A DNA stretch of 64,000 bases from Bacteriovoracia bacterium. GTDB taxonomy: Bacteria; Bdellovibrionota; UBA1018; JBFWNL01. The position numbers and the translations under genes are program-made. The stretch is from assembly GCA_050251055.1 (NCBI GenBank), contig JBFWNL010000003.1, forward strand, positions 32,001 to 96,000, read 5' to 3'. The notes under the pieces are model-generated. The model was not told the origin of the DNA. It searched no databases and saw nothing but the letters and a program-made list of their open reading frames with translations. Below, piece after piece: positions 21,304 to 31,803 of this stretch; position 1 is the stretch's first letter; each line of letters begins with the position of its first letter.

Positions 21304-22350
21304 ATGAAATCCAAAACGCAGATGATCGTGGCGGCTCTGATCGCAGTCATGGGAGTGGGGCTTGCCCCCACTCCCGGGCTCGAGCAGAGCGTTGCTCAGG
21401 CCGATGAAGCCGCGCAGGAAATCGTGACTTCGTCCGGAGGGATTTATGCCTACGCCCGCGTTGGGAAAAAGGTGGTCGTCGTACCGTCGGCAAACTCCGC
21501 TCGGCTTCGATTGGAAAATCCTTCGTCGCGGCCGGTATGCGCGGACTTCGAGACCGAGATGAACCTGCGCCTGCAGTACGTCCGCTCGGTGTGCGGGGCC
21601 ATCGGGGGACGGCCCCCGCGCGGCTCGGAGGGCGCCTGCCGACAGGCAAAGGCCGATCTCGACCGCTCCCGTTACGCGCCGGTTTTCGGGTCCTCCGCCG
21701 TTTACACGTTGGCCGTGGACGGCCAGCGCCCCGTCAGCCCGGAGGATGCGCGTGAGCTCGAAACCCAGCTCTCCTCGCGCCTGCGGGTGTTGCCGAACCA
21801 GGTTCTGGTGTTTCCGGTCACGGCAAACTTCGGTCCCTGGCAAGGAGCCGAACTAAAAGTCAGTGAAGACGCCTGGTCCAGAAAGTTCGAGGCATGGGGC
21901 TTGGCCAGCCGTCCTTTGCGGGTGAGCGGCCTTGAAATCACGGTCGAAGGCGCGGAAGTGATCTGTGACTTGCGTGCGGGCCGGGCAAACCTGGAGACCC
22001 AGGCGCCCGTGGAGATGAATCTCAATTCGGACTATCTCTTTGAAGTCGACTTGGCCTGGAACATCCGCGAAAGCCTACGGGCCATGACCGAGGGAAGCGA
22101 TTGGAGCCCGCTCGAGAAAGCGGCCGGGCTTGGAATCGATATCTCCTACCTGCTCAAACAGTCGGGTCGGGGCAAGGACTTGGCGGAGTTAAAGTCCCTC
22201 ACGCTAGACCTCGTTCGCATCCTCTATGATGGCGAGCTCCGGATGCGGCCGTTCGCCGATCGGACACAGATGGAGCTGGCGTACTTCAACCGAACCGCCC
22301 GTGTCGTCACCCGGTACATAGGCCGCCACGACGAAGGAGACCCAGAATGA
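21304..22350 (+). CDS. Secreted hypothetical protein
   Basis: AAGGAG RBS; signal peptide; four Cys. Confidence 0.7.
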   Translation: MKSKTQMIVAALIAVMGVGLAPTPGLEQSVAQADEAAQEIVTSSGGIYAYARVGKKVVVVPSANSARLRLENPSSRPVCADFETEMNLRLQYVRSVCGAIGGRPPRGSEGACRQAKADLDRSRYAPVFGSSAVYTLAVDGQRPVSPEDARELETQLSSRLRVLPNQVLVFPVTANFGPWQGAELKVSEDAWSRKFEAWGLASRPLRVSGLEITVEGAEVICDLRAGRANLETQAPVEMNLNSDYLFEVDLAWNIRESLRAMTEGSDWSPLEKAAGLGIDISYLLKQSGRGKDLAELKSLTLDLVRILYDGELRMRPFADRTQMELAYFNRTARVVTRYIGRHDEGDPE

Positions 22351-22637
22351 ACCGAGACTGGCTAGTGATCGCCGCGGGTGGACTCGCCTGGGCGCTCGTT
22401 GGATGCGGGAAGACGCCGGGGAATCCCTCCCCCGGCGGATTTCCCGCACCCGGGGCGCCCGCCCTTCGGCAGTGCGTGGCGCAAGCCCCTGTCCTGCCCT
22501 GCGGGGAAAGCCTGGAGAATGCGGTGTTGTATTTCGTGGAACTGCGAGAGCGATGCGCGGATGGAACTGACGAAGCTGACCGCCAGCTTCTGCGGCTGGC
22601 AAAGGAAATGGAAACTGACTGCGAGAGGAAAAGATGA
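22347..22637 (+). CDS. Small Cys-rich lipoprotein
   Basis: LVGC lipobox; four further Cys; ATGA-coupled on both sides. Confidence 0.65.
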   Translation: MNRDWLVIAAGGLAWALVGCGKTPGNPSPGGFPAPGAPALRQCVAQAPVLPCGESLENAVLYFVELRERCADGTDEADRQLLRLAKEMETDCERKR

Positions 22638-23032
22638 AAACGAAATTTAGCATAATCGTGCTTTTAGCGGCGGCCCTGGCTGCCACGTTCGTGAGTGCCG
22701 GCCGCTCCACGAAGGAAAACGGTGTCCTAGACCACGCCCCCCGGAATGCGGAAACACCCCAAACGCCTTCCGGGGGCGTTACCACCGTGCCCGCGGCGAC
22801 CCCGAGGGCTGCGCCGCCGTCGCGCGGTAGCCTGGGGGAAACCCTCGTGGCGTTGCGAGAAAAAAGCCCGGCCGAGCTCCATAGCCTGCTGGCGGAATCC
22901 GAAGAAGCCCTGGATCGCGGTGACTACTTCAACCGGGCCAATCGCGACGAACTGGACGCCGAGGAGCGAGCGACGCTCACGGCTTGGGTCCGCACGCGGG
23001 CGATGATCCGCTACCTGCTGGCGACCCGTTAA
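22634..23032 (+). CDS. Secreted or membrane-anchored hypothetical protein
   Basis: Hydrophobic N-terminus, Pro/Thr linker, small helical C-terminal domain. Confidence 0.65.
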   Translation: MKTKFSIIVLLAAALAATFVSAGRSTKENGVLDHAPRNAETPQTPSGGVTTVPAATPRAAPPSRGSLGETLVALREKSPAELHSLLAESEEALDRGDYFNRANRDELDAEERATLTAWVRTRAMIRYLLATR

Positions 23033-23528
23033 GCCACTGCAGGATCGCGACATCGAGCTGGCGGTTGAATTTCAGGCCGACTTCACGCAAGGTTCCGACG
23101 TGAAAGAAACCTGCCTCCTGGTGCAACCGCACGCTGTGATCGTTGCCCTCGGTGATTCGAGCCAAAATCGCGTGGATGCCGACGCGCTTGGCTTCGGTTA
23201 AAAGTCGCGCGAGCAATGCCCGCCCGATCCCGCGCCGCTGGAAGTCCGGGTGTACGTAAACGGAGTTTTCCGCGGTGGCGGAATACGCGCAGCGGTCCGA
23301 GTACGAGTTCAAGGAGGCCCAACCGCTGATTTTAGCGGCGGAGCCGGATGCGCCCGGGTGGGTTGAAACGAAGATCGGGTGCCGGGGGCCATGCCCTTCG
23401 AACCAGGCACGCTGCTGCTCCACCGTCTTCACTTCGGTATCGAAAGTCGCCGTCGTGTGCTGGATCGCGTGATTGTAAATTTCCGTAATCGCGGGTACGT
23501 CGGCTCCCGTGGCCAACCGAATTTCCAC
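22977..23528 (-). CDS. GNAT N-acetyltransferase (YncA/Pat, phosphinothricin acetyltransferase family)
   Basis: IYNHAI..TTATFD, AENSVYVHPDFQRRGIG, GLKFNRQLDV. Confidence 0.88.
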   Translation of the reverse strand: MEIRLATGADVPAITEIYNHAIQHTTATFDTEVKTVEQQRAWFEGHGPRHPIFVSTHPGASGSAAKISGWASLNSYSDRCAYSATAENSVYVHPDFQRRGIGRALLARLLTEAKRVGIHAILARITEGNDHSVRLHQEAGFFHVGTLREVGLKFNRQLDVAILQWLNGSPAGSGSSPACGPKP

Positions 23529-23545
23529 TTTTTAGGGGTCCTGAT

Positions 23546-23911
23546 TTATTTCAAAATGCTAACGACCGTCGCGGTCGTACGATCCGTGAGCTTCGCGGTC
23601 TTGTCCCAGGCTTCGGCCTGGACTTCACCGTAGAAAGTCACGACGACGGCGCAATAACGGCCCTCTTTGTCCACGACCGTGGCGTAGTGGCCCGCGTTCT
23701 TGCTGCGATAGTCAGGGGAAATTTCAACGTGCATGTTCTTCAATTGATCGGCCGTGGCGCCGGTGACCTTGCCACAAACTTCAGCCATGCGACCACCGCG
23801 AATGACTTCATAAAACGAAGTGATCTCGACTTTGACCTCTGCCTGCGCGATGGCCGACGAAAATCCCGCCCAAATCAATAGTCCGAAAGTGATCTTGGAA
23901 ATCTTCTTCAT
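23546..23911 (-). CDS. Small secreted hypothetical protein
   Basis: GAGG RBS; signal peptide ending AQA; two Cys (AEVCGKV, GRYCAVV). Confidence 0.7.
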   Translation of the reverse strand: MKKISKITFGLLIWAGFSSAIAQAEVKVEITSFYEVIRGGRMAEVCGKVTGATADQLKNMHVEISPDYRSKNAGHYATVVDKEGRYCAVVVTFYGEVQAEAWDKTAKLTDRTTATVVSILK

Positions 23912-24011
23912 AGCGCCCTCCGTGGGTTGATGCTCCTTAGGGTACCCTAGAATTCCCGAACGGGTGACGGAAAAAACGGGTGAGGCAACGGCACCACCCC
24001 GCGTTACGAGG

Positions 24012-24842
24012 CTACATCGTGGCGGATTTTTCCTCGATCTGCACGGCCCGGTTCATCACCTTATAAGCCAGCCACAGCGCAAAGTAGCGGGGGACCAGGC
24101 GCGGGAAGAAACACGCCAACTTATTCAGTAGCCCGGGAATGACAATCGCCTTGCGCGAGAACATCCCGTTCAGGGCGATCCGTACCACCTCGGAAGCGAG
24201 CATCATCGTCGACTGGCCCGACTCGGTGATTTTCTGGCCGGACTGCTGGAAGAATTCGGTCGTCGTGCCGCCCGGGCAGAGGCAGGTGATATGCACGTTC
24301 GTACCCTGCAGCTCCCAATTCAAGGTTTCCGAAAACTGACGCACAAAGCCCTTGGCGCCCGAGTATGTCACGAAGTTCGCCACGCCTTGGAAAGCCGCGA
24401 TGGAGGCGACGTTCGTGATGAAACTCGGCTTACGATGCGTGAGCATGTGCTGAATAAAGCGATACGTCAGCTCCATCAAAGCGGTGCAATCTACCTGGAT
24501 GGTATCGAGGTGGCGCTGCAGCGGGCGCTGCATAAACGGCCCGTAGCTGCCGATACCCGCGTTGTTGATCAGGACATTCACGAACTTTCCGCCCTCGGTG
24601 ACGGCATTGAAAAGCTTCTCGCCCGCGTCGCTTTGACAAAGATCGACGGACACGACCTGAACCTCGACGGAGCACTTCTCACGGAGGTCCTTGGCGAGGG
24701 CTTCCAACCGATCCGTTCGGCGAGCCGTGATGACCAGGTCGGCGCCTCGCTCCGCGAGCTGACGGGCGAACTCTTCACCGATACCACTGGAAGCTCCGGT
24801 GACGAGGGCGCGATAACCTTTCAGATCTTTTCGGTCAAACAT
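24012..24842 (-). CDS. Short-chain dehydrogenase/reductase (DltE-like)
   Basis: TGASSGIG, NNAG, YSGAK, LCPGGTTTEF. Confidence 0.9.
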   Translation of the reverse strand: MFDRKDLKGYRALVTGASSGIGEEFARQLAERGADLVITARRTDRLEALAKDLREKCSVEVQVVSVDLCQSDAGEKLFNAVTEGGKFVNVLINNAGIGSYGPFMQRPLQRHLDTIQVDCTALMELTYRFIQHMLTHRKPSFITNVASIAAFQGVANFVTYSGAKGFVRQFSETLNWELQGTNVHITCLCPGGTTTEFFQQSGQKITESGQSTMMLASEVVRIALNGMFSRKAIVIPGLLNKLACFFPRLVPRYFALWLAYKVMNRAVQIEEKSATM

Positions 24843-24846
24843 TAGC

Positions 24847-25584
24847 TTACCTACCTTGGGGGCCGATCCTACTCCAAAGTAAAGCCCGGGTCAAAATCAC
24901 GTGCCCGGCCAGGGCCCCGCCTACGCAGACGGGGGCAATCCAAACGTACGGCAAGTGAAAAGCTAGCTGCAGTGGGGGGTCCACCGGCCAAGCAAAAGGC
25001 AGCGGCGAAGAAAAGACCACGACCCGCAGGACGTTCATCAGGAGCCCAAAACCCACAAGATTCGCGACCCATGCCACCGCCTTGGATCGGCTCGCGAACG
25101 GAACCGCGGCCAGGGCAACGATCCCGCTAATAATATCGAAATTCGCGCCCATCGCTCCCGACCAGGTCATCGATTCGGGAATCGTTCCGCTCCCCACCCA
25201 GGCGTGCAGCACGAGCTCCAGCGGCAGGCGAAATGCCTGGAACCCGACGAGCGCCGCGATCGGAAGCCCCCGTGCGATCATCCCCCCGACGGGCGAGAGA
25301 CCAAAACCCACGGAAAGGATCGTCAGCACGGCAAACATCATCGGCAAGCGGGGCATGGGGGAGGCCTCGGCGAACCCGCTCGCGGCCGCCAGCGAAACGA
25401 CGCCCACCCAAAGGGCGAGGCCCGTGGCAACCCTTCCCGTAATACGCCCGGCGGGGCGACCCGTACGACGAGCCGCCCAGTGCGTGCCCGAAAGCACCGC
25501 GACGACCACGGCGGCTACGATCACTAGAAATGAAATGACGGAAAGCGGGGTCGCGGGCGTGAACACCATCGCCGCGGAACTCAA
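24847..25584 (-). CDS. Integral membrane hypothetical protein
   Basis: Multiple TM helices; QAFRLPLE and NFDIISG conserved-looking motifs. Confidence 0.7.
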   Translation of the reverse strand: MSSAAMVFTPATPLSVISFLVIVAAVVVAVLSGTHWAARRTGRPAGRITGRVATGLALWVGVVSLAAASGFAEASPMPRLPMMFAVLTILSVGFGLSPVGGMIARGLPIAALVGFQAFRLPLELVLHAWVGSGTIPESMTWSGAMGANFDIISGIVALAAVPFASRSKAVAWVANLVGFGLLMNVLRVVVFSSPLPFAWPVDPPLQLAFHLPYVWIAPVCVGGALAGHVILTRALLWSRIGPQGR

Positions 25585-26555
25585 CCCTTACCCCGAGTCT
25601 TCGTGAGACCCGGCTTGGCGTGCTTTTCGATGAACTCGATGACTTTGGCGGCGACGTCGACGCCCGAAGCACCCTCGATGCCTTCAAGACCGGGTGAAGA
25701 ATTCACCTCCATAATGAGCGGACCGTGGTTCGATCGCAGCATGTCCACGCCAGCCACGTTCAAGCCCATGACCTTCGCCGCGCGGATCGCGGTGGAGCGC
25801 TCTTCCGGCGTGATTTGCACTTTCGACGCCGACCCGCCGCGATGCAAGTTGGAGCGGAACTCCCCCTGCTTCCCTTTACGCATCATCGTCGCGACTACTT
25901 TGCCACCGACCACGAAGCAGCGGATGTCAGCGCCGCCGGCCTCCTTCACGAATTCCTGCACCAGAAAGTGCGCGTCCAGGCCGCGGAACGCGTCGATCAC
26001 GCTTTCGGCCGCCTGGCGGGTTTCGGTGAGCACCACGCCCACCCCGTGCGTGCCCTCGAGCAGCTTGATGATCAGCGGGGTTCCCCCGATCAAGTTCATC
26101 ATGTCCTGGGTGTCGTCGGGAGAGTGACCGAACGCGGTGATCGGTAGACCGATCCCCTTTCGCGAAAGTAGCTGCAAGGAGCGCAACTTGTCGCGCGCGC
26201 GCGTGATTCCTTGCGATTCATTCACGCAGTAGACGTTCATCATTTCGAACTGGCGCACGACCGCGGTGCCGTAGAACGTGATCGAGGCGCCGATGCGCGG
26301 AATGATCGCATCGAAGCCCTCGAGCATCTTTCCTTTATAGTGAATGGCCGGCTTGTGGGCGACGATCTTCATGTAACAGCGAAGGGGATCGATGATCTGG
26401 ACGATGTGCCCGCGCTTTTCGGCGGCTTCGACCAGCCGCCGCGTCGAGTAAAGACTCGACTTGCGGGAAAGGATGCCGATCTTCATTTGCTTCGGGTGCC
26501 TGGGGTGTCTCGAGGGCTTGGCGTTCCGCTTCGGGCCAGTTTTCTTGGTGGTCAT
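25581..26555 (-). CDS. rimK: Ribosomal protein S6--L-glutamate ligase
   Basis: [49 protein letters not shown]. Confidence 0.95.
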   Translation of the reverse strand: MTTKKTGPKRNAKPSRHPRHPKQMKIGILSRKSSLYSTRRLVEAAEKRGHIVQIIDPLRCYMKIVAHKPAIHYKGKMLEGFDAIIPRIGASITFYGTAVVRQFEMMNVYCVNESQGITRARDKLRSLQLLSRKGIGLPITAFGHSPDDTQDMMNLIGGTPLIIKLLEGTHGVGVVLTETRQAAESVIDAFRGLDAHFLVQEFVKEAGGADIRCFVVGGKVVATMMRKGKQGEFRSNLHRGGSASKVQITPEERSTAIRAAKVMGLNVAGVDMLRSNHGPLIMEVNSSPGLEGIEGASGVDVAAKVIEFIEKHAKPGLTKTRGKG

Positions 26556-27064
26556 TTGTGCACGGAGCTCCCTGAGGTTCGGCGCTTACGCGACTTTTCG
26601 CCGGAAAATTTACGGGGCGGTTTGCCCAGCAGGTATGAAGACGCGGGACTAATGAGGCAGCGCTGGCTCAGCGCCGTGCGGCCCAAGAGCAATCGGAAAT
26701 TCATGGTGGAGCGATTCGTGAGCGTGAGCTCGATCGGCCAGTCGCGCGCGCCCATATGGAGCCGCGTGCGGATCACGACCCGCTCTTCGCGTTGCCCGCC
26801 CGAGTTGGCGACCACGCGGTGTTCAATGACCTTCGCCACGCAGGCCACCTCGCGCGTGGTCTTACGCTGCAGGGCATAGACCTGGAAACGCACCTTCAAT
26901 ACGCCCTTTTGGGTGAAGAGCTCAATGCCATGGGCGTGCAGCGCCGACGTGCGGGCGCCAGTGTCGACTTTTGCCTTGATGCAAGGGATGCCGAGGTCGG
27001 GAAAGCCCACCCACTCGCGCCATCCGATCTTCATCTTCAGTGGTCTTTTAGCCGTCTCGGTCAT
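26552..27064 (-). CDS. RimK-associated retropepsin-like protease (ATP-dependent zinc protease family)
   Basis: [28 protein letters not shown]; adjacent to rimK as is usual. Confidence 0.88.
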   Translation of the reverse strand: MTETAKRPLKMKIGWREWVGFPDLGIPCIKAKVDTGARTSALHAHGIELFTQKGVLKVRFQVYALQRKTTREVACVAKVIEHRVVANSGGQREERVVIRTRLHMGARDWPIELTLTNRSTMNFRLLLGRTALSQRCLISPASSYLLGKPPRKFSGEKSRKRRTSGSSVHK

Positions 27065-27228
27065 ACGGGTACGTGCTTCTTGGATCCAGCCCCTTGGTTC
27101 GGCAGTTTTTCGCAGTTTCCCAAGCTTAACGCAACGCTTATATCGTGTTTTTTCTACATTTTTTCATTCTTTTCCTGGGGCGACCACTGCAAAATGGCGC
27201 CAAGATACCGAAAAGCTCTGGGTACCCT

Positions 27229-29622
27229 GTGACGTTCGAAACTTGGCTTAAAGACCGAAATCCTGAAATTCCCGGCGCGGGCGCCGCCGCCGTGTTGAAA
27301 CTCGCCGCCGAGGGCGGCACCGTGCCGTTCATCGCCCGCTACCGTAAGGAGCAAACGGGCAACCTCGACGAAGTCGCCATCCGCGCCGTAATCGAAGGCC
27401 GTGAAGAGTGGGATGAACTCGTCAAGCGCCAAGAATTTATCGTTTCCGAGATCGAGAAGCAGGGCAAGCTCACCCCCGAGCTCAGGGCCCGGGTGCTGGA
27501 GACTTTCCACCGCGACACGCTGGAAGACATCTACCTTCCCTATAAAGTGAAACGAAAGACCAAGGCGACGCTCGCGCGCGAGGCCGGACTCGAACCTTTG
27601 GCGGATTGGATCTGGAACTGCGGTCACGGCACCGAAACCCCGCAACCTGGCCAAACCCTACAGCTTTGGGCCTTCACGTTCCGCAACGAGGCCGCCGGAT
27701 TCAAAGAAGTAGAGCAGGTCATCGAAGGGGCGCAGAGCATCGTGATCGAGCGCCTGTCCGAGAATTTGGAGCTGCGCCAGTTCGTGCGCGACGAAGCCAA
27801 TGCCAAGGGCTTCTTCGTTAGCACCAAGGGTGACAAGGCGAAACCCAACAGCAAGTTCGAAAACTATTTCAACTTCCGCGAACCGGTGAAGTCGCTCATC
27901 CAACCCCAGAACTCCCATCGCTACCTTGCCATGCGCCGAGGCCAAGAAGAGGGCGAGCTTTCCTACACGTTAGGTGGCGGAGCGGACGACGCGGAATTCG
28001 AAAATCGGCTGCTCACGCGCTTTCGCCAAGAAGCAATTGGCCAGCCCGATTCACCGGGACACGAAGTGCTGGAGCGTGCGGCGACGCTCGCGCTGAAGGC
28101 CTACGTTTTCCCGAGCATCGAAACCGAGATCAACAAAGCCGTGAAGAAAGTGGCCGACGAAACCGCGATCACCGTCTTCGCCGAAAACGTCCGTAAGCTA
28201 CTACTCGCCTCTCCCCTGGGCCCCAAGGCCGTATTGGGCGTGGATCCGGGGCTGCGCACCGGCTGCAAGCTCGCCGTGGTGGATCAGACCGGTAAGTATC
28301 TTACCAGTACGGTGATTTATCTGCAGTCCGACGACGCGAAGGCGAATGCGGCAAAGTTATTGGTGGAAGCCGTGAAGAACGCCGGCATCGAGGCGATTGC
28401 CGTCGGGAACGGCACCGCCGGGCGCGAAACCGAACTTTTCGTGCGCAAGACGCTCAAGGAAGCCGGGCACGAAGTACCCGTCATCATGGTCAGCGAGGCG
28501 GGGGCGAGCGTTTATAGCGCGAGCGACACCGCCCGCGAAGAATTCCCCGAGTTGGACGTCACCGTCCGCGGCGCGATCTCCATTGCCCGGCGCCTGCAAG
28601 ACCCGCTGGCCGAGCTCGTGAAGATCGACCCCAAGAGTATCGGCGTGGGCCAGTACCAGCACGACGTATCCCAACCGGCGCTGGCACGTTCGCTCGAGGG
28701 CGTGGTGGATTCCTGCGTGAACGGCGTCGGGGTGAATCTCAACACCGCGTCTTACCACTTGCTTGCCCACGTGTCGGGCATCGGGCCGGGCCTTGCGAAA
28801 TCGATCGTGGAATTTCGTGGAAAAAAAGGCCTCTTCCAGTCCCGCCAGCAACTACTGGAAGTTCCCCGTTTCAGCGATAAAGCGTTTGAGCAGGCAGCGG
28901 GCTTCCTGCGCATTCCCGACGCCGATAACCCGCTCGACAACACGGGCGTGCACCCGGAGCGCTACGGCATCCTGGAGAACTTCGCCAAGAAAACCAGCCG
29001 CACGCTAGGCGATCTCTTGGGCGCGGGTGTGCAAGCCCTGCGGGGAGCCGACGAGCTTCGCCAAGAAATCGGATCGTTCACCTTTCTCGACATGATCCGC
29101 GAGCTCGAGAAGCCAGGGCGCGACCCCCGCGAGGAGTTCACCGTTTTTCAGTTCCGCGACGACATCCATCAGCTCTCCGACTTGAAGCCCGGCTTAAGCT
29201 GCCCGGGGATCGTGACCAACGTCACGAACTTCGGGGCGTTCGTCGATATCGGCGTTCATCAAGACGGGCTCGTGCATCTCTCCCAGCTGAGCAATAAATT
29301 CATCAAGGATCCGCGCGAGGTAGTGAGCCCCGGCGATCGCGTGCAGGTGAAGGTGCTCGAAGTGAACCTGGAAAAGAAACAGATCTCGCTCACGATGAAG
29401 GGTGCGGAGCCCGCGGCGGCTAGGCCGGTCCGACGCGAACGGGCCCCCCGCGCCCCAAAACCCCGCGATTCGCGCGATTCCCGGGGTCCGCGTGGGCCCC
29501 TGCCTAAAGCCAGCGCGCCCCGGCCGAACCCCAATGCCAAAACGATCAAGCCCAAGGAAGCGTTCAATAACCCTTTTGCCGCGCTCGCGGGCCTCAAAGG
29601 CGGACTGAAGTCCAATAAGTAA
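27229..29622 (+). CDS. tex: Tex-family RNA-binding transcriptional accessory protein
   Basis: TVPFIARYRKEQTG, DPGLRTGCK, SEAGASVYSAS, IGVGQYQHD, C-terminal S1 domain. GTG start inferred. Confidence 0.93.
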   Translation: MTFETWLKDRNPEIPGAGAAAVLKLAAEGGTVPFIARYRKEQTGNLDEVAIRAVIEGREEWDELVKRQEFIVSEIEKQGKLTPELRARVLETFHRDTLEDIYLPYKVKRKTKATLAREAGLEPLADWIWNCGHGTETPQPGQTLQLWAFTFRNEAAGFKEVEQVIEGAQSIVIERLSENLELRQFVRDEANAKGFFVSTKGDKAKPNSKFENYFNFREPVKSLIQPQNSHRYLAMRRGQEEGELSYTLGGGADDAEFENRLLTRFRQEAIGQPDSPGHEVLERAATLALKAYVFPSIETEINKAVKKVADETAITVFAENVRKLLLASPLGPKAVLGVDPGLRTGCKLAVVDQTGKYLTSTVIYLQSDDAKANAAKLLVEAVKNAGIEAIAVGNGTAGRETELFVRKTLKEAGHEVPVIMVSEAGASVYSASDTAREEFPELDVTVRGAISIARRLQDPLAELVKIDPKSIGVGQYQHDVSQPALARSLEGVVDSCVNGVGVNLNTASYHLLAHVSGIGPGLAKSIVEFRGKKGLFQSRQQLLEVPRFSDKAFEQAAGFLRIPDADNPLDNTGVHPERYGILENFAKKTSRTLGDLLGAGVQALRGADELRQEIGSFTFLDMIRELEKPGRDPREEFTVFQFRDDIHQLSDLKPGLSCPGIVTNVTNFGAFVDIGVHQDGLVHLSQLSNKFIKDPREVVSPGDRVQVKVLEVNLEKKQISLTMKGAEPAAARPVRRERAPRAPKPRDSRDSRGPRGPLPKASAPRPNPNAKTIKPKEAFNNPFAALAGLKGGLKSNK

Positions 29623-29783
29623 TCGCCAACGTCCCGGACTGTTAAGAAAACGGGAAAATCTCCGCCCCTTTTTTGAACCCCCAAGTCGCTGGGAAAACCA
29701 CGGGTTGCCTCGACACACCCTCCCCCTCGCTCTTTGACCTAAACCCAGAAAAACGCTAAAATAATAGGGAAGTCACAAAACCG

Positions 29784-31784
29784 TTGAACGTTGGAGAAAC
29801 TGTGAACTTTACGTGGAGAACCATCTGCGCCGTGCTCGCCGGGGCTTTGCCCTGGGGGTGCTCGTCCAGCTTGGACTTTTCCCTCAACGGCGGCGACTCG
29901 GCGCTGGAAATCGCCCAGAACGAAAGCGCCTCCGGCGGCGGAGCATCGAGTGGTCTACCGTCGTTGCAGCTCACCCTAAGTTCCGAACATCCACTCTGGG
30001 CCAGCGTCTCCATGGACGAAAGTCTACTAACGATGGACCGCACGGTCTATTCGACATCTACAGAATATTCCATTCACGCAAACTCTACGCCGACCACCCC
30101 CTCGAACATATTCGTCGACGGCGGGGCTTCCAGCGGTAGCGGTACGATCCCTCTTTCCAACCCAGGCAGCCCGATGAGCACCCGCAATGTTTCCAGCAGC
30201 TATTCCGTTTTAGCCACCCTGACCACCGTCGGCACCACCGCGGGCTACCACTGCACCTTCTGGGGCCTAGCTTGGGGCGGCCAATTCTGTACTTTTAACA
30301 CCTCGATTTCGATCGATCCCTTCGATCAATCCATGGACCCGTACTTTACGGCAGCGTCCAACTCAGGCCAAGGCCCCACTTTCACGAGTAACTCCCTGTC
30401 CATTCTGAAATTCAAATATCAGAAACGCGCATCATTCACCGGGACCGGCAGCGAAGCCCCGCAGGATGCCCGGCGCTTTGGCAACCAACTCGTCTTTTCC
30501 GCGGAGCTCAGTAGCGGGGTACGTAAACTCCACACCATTTCCCAGGTCGAACGCTTTCAGCGTATGCTAACCGCGAACAGCGACAGCGTTACGGACAATC
30601 CGAAGTACTTCCACGAATACCGGGGGAATTTGTACTACACGCTCTTGAACGGCCCCTATCGGGAAATTTATCGGCTAGACAGCGCGGGAAATGCCAGCAA
30701 AGTATTTTCCGACCGTGCCGGCGATACCGGCGAAGTCCTGACCAATCAAGTGGTCGTGGGCACCTCCGATAACAAACTCATCTTCGGCGCACTCACCGAC
30801 TCTTTGCCGAACTCGTCTAAATTTTACGCTTATGAAGAAGGGGCAGGCGCGGGCGCGCAGTTCTTCGAAATCAACGCCAGTAACCAGAACGACCTAGCTG
30901 ATCACGTCGGGGTCACCCTCGACGGGTACTTTTACTTTTATGCGTTCCATCCACAGGGCGGGGCCAAGCTCATGCGGCGAACCCCATTGGGAGCTTTAGA
31001 AGTAGTCTCCGACACTCGAAGCGACCTCACGGCCCACGACGTCATCCGGGAAATCACCGTGCACAACGGCAAGGTCTTCTTCACCGCCAAAAGCCCGAAC
31101 GGCTATCGGAAGCTATACACATACGATCCTTCGGCGAGCAAGGTATACCAGGTCAGTAACACCGCCGGTGCCGGTTCGGATTTTCTCACGCCGAACGGGA
31201 ATTCCCCCACCTTTCTCCACAAGTTCGGTGACGCGCTATTCGTAACCGCCGCCTCTACGAACGAAAGCTGTTTCCACCTCTATAAAGTCGTGAACAACTC
31301 GCTGGACCGCCTGCCCCCGACCAACAATGGCGGCTGCGACGATCCGGGTTTCGATCCCCGCTTGGATACCCAGGACTCGAAAAACTGGAATGTGTTTCTG
31401 TCGTCCACGGTCGATAGCCGGCTTTACTTCGCCGCCCGCAATCATCTGGGCAAATTCAAGCTTCATTCGTACGATGGAACGTCGGTAAGAGTCGTGTCGA
31501 ACACCGCGCGCGACACGAATTTGCCCGACGCGCCTCGATCGCTGGTGGATTATGGTGGCGCGGTCTACTTCGGATCCTATGACGCGACCGGGGCCGAGAA
31601 GGCTCATCGCCTCTATGAAGGGGAGATTCAACAAATGACGGATCTCCAAGGGAACAGCCATGACGGCTTTCGAATGCCGGTGGTGGTCGGAGATTTCCTT
31701 TACTTCTTCGGATACACCGACACTTCCAGCACCACCGAGTCGCTTTATCAGTTCTGTGATCTTAGCGTGGGATGCGACCTCTAG
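29784..31784 (+). CDS. Lipoprotein with ELWxxDGT-like beta-propeller repeats
   Basis: LPWGC lipobox-like; repeats such as GKVFFTA..GYRKLYTYD and RLYFAA..GKFKLHSYDGT. Start uncertain. Confidence 0.65.
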   Translation: MNVGETVNFTWRTICAVLAGALPWGCSSSLDFSLNGGDSALEIAQNESASGGGASSGLPSLQLTLSSEHPLWASVSMDESLLTMDRTVYSTSTEYSIHANSTPTTPSNIFVDGGASSGSGTIPLSNPGSPMSTRNVSSSYSVLATLTTVGTTAGYHCTFWGLAWGGQFCTFNTSISIDPFDQSMDPYFTAASNSGQGPTFTSNSLSILKFKYQKRASFTGTGSEAPQDARRFGNQLVFSAELSSGVRKLHTISQVERFQRMLTANSDSVTDNPKYFHEYRGNLYYTLLNGPYREIYRLDSAGNASKVFSDRAGDTGEVLTNQVVVGTSDNKLIFGALTDSLPNSSKFYAYEEGAGAGAQFFEINASNQNDLADHVGVTLDGYFYFYAFHPQGGAKLMRRTPLGALEVVSDTRSDLTAHDVIREITVHNGKVFFTAKSPNGYRKLYTYDPSASKVYQVSNTAGAGSDFLTPNGNSPTFLHKFGDALFVTAASTNESCFHLYKVVNNSLDRLPPTNNGGCDDPGFDPRLDTQDSKNWNVFLSSTVDSRLYFAARNHLGKFKLHSYDGTSVRVVSNTARDTNLPDAPRSLVDYGGAVYFGSYDATGAEKAHRLYEGEIQQMTDLQGNSHDGFRMPVVVGDFLYFFGYTDTSSTTESLYQFCDLSVGCDL

Positions 31785-31803
31785 GCGCGGCAGTTAACGC
31801 GCG

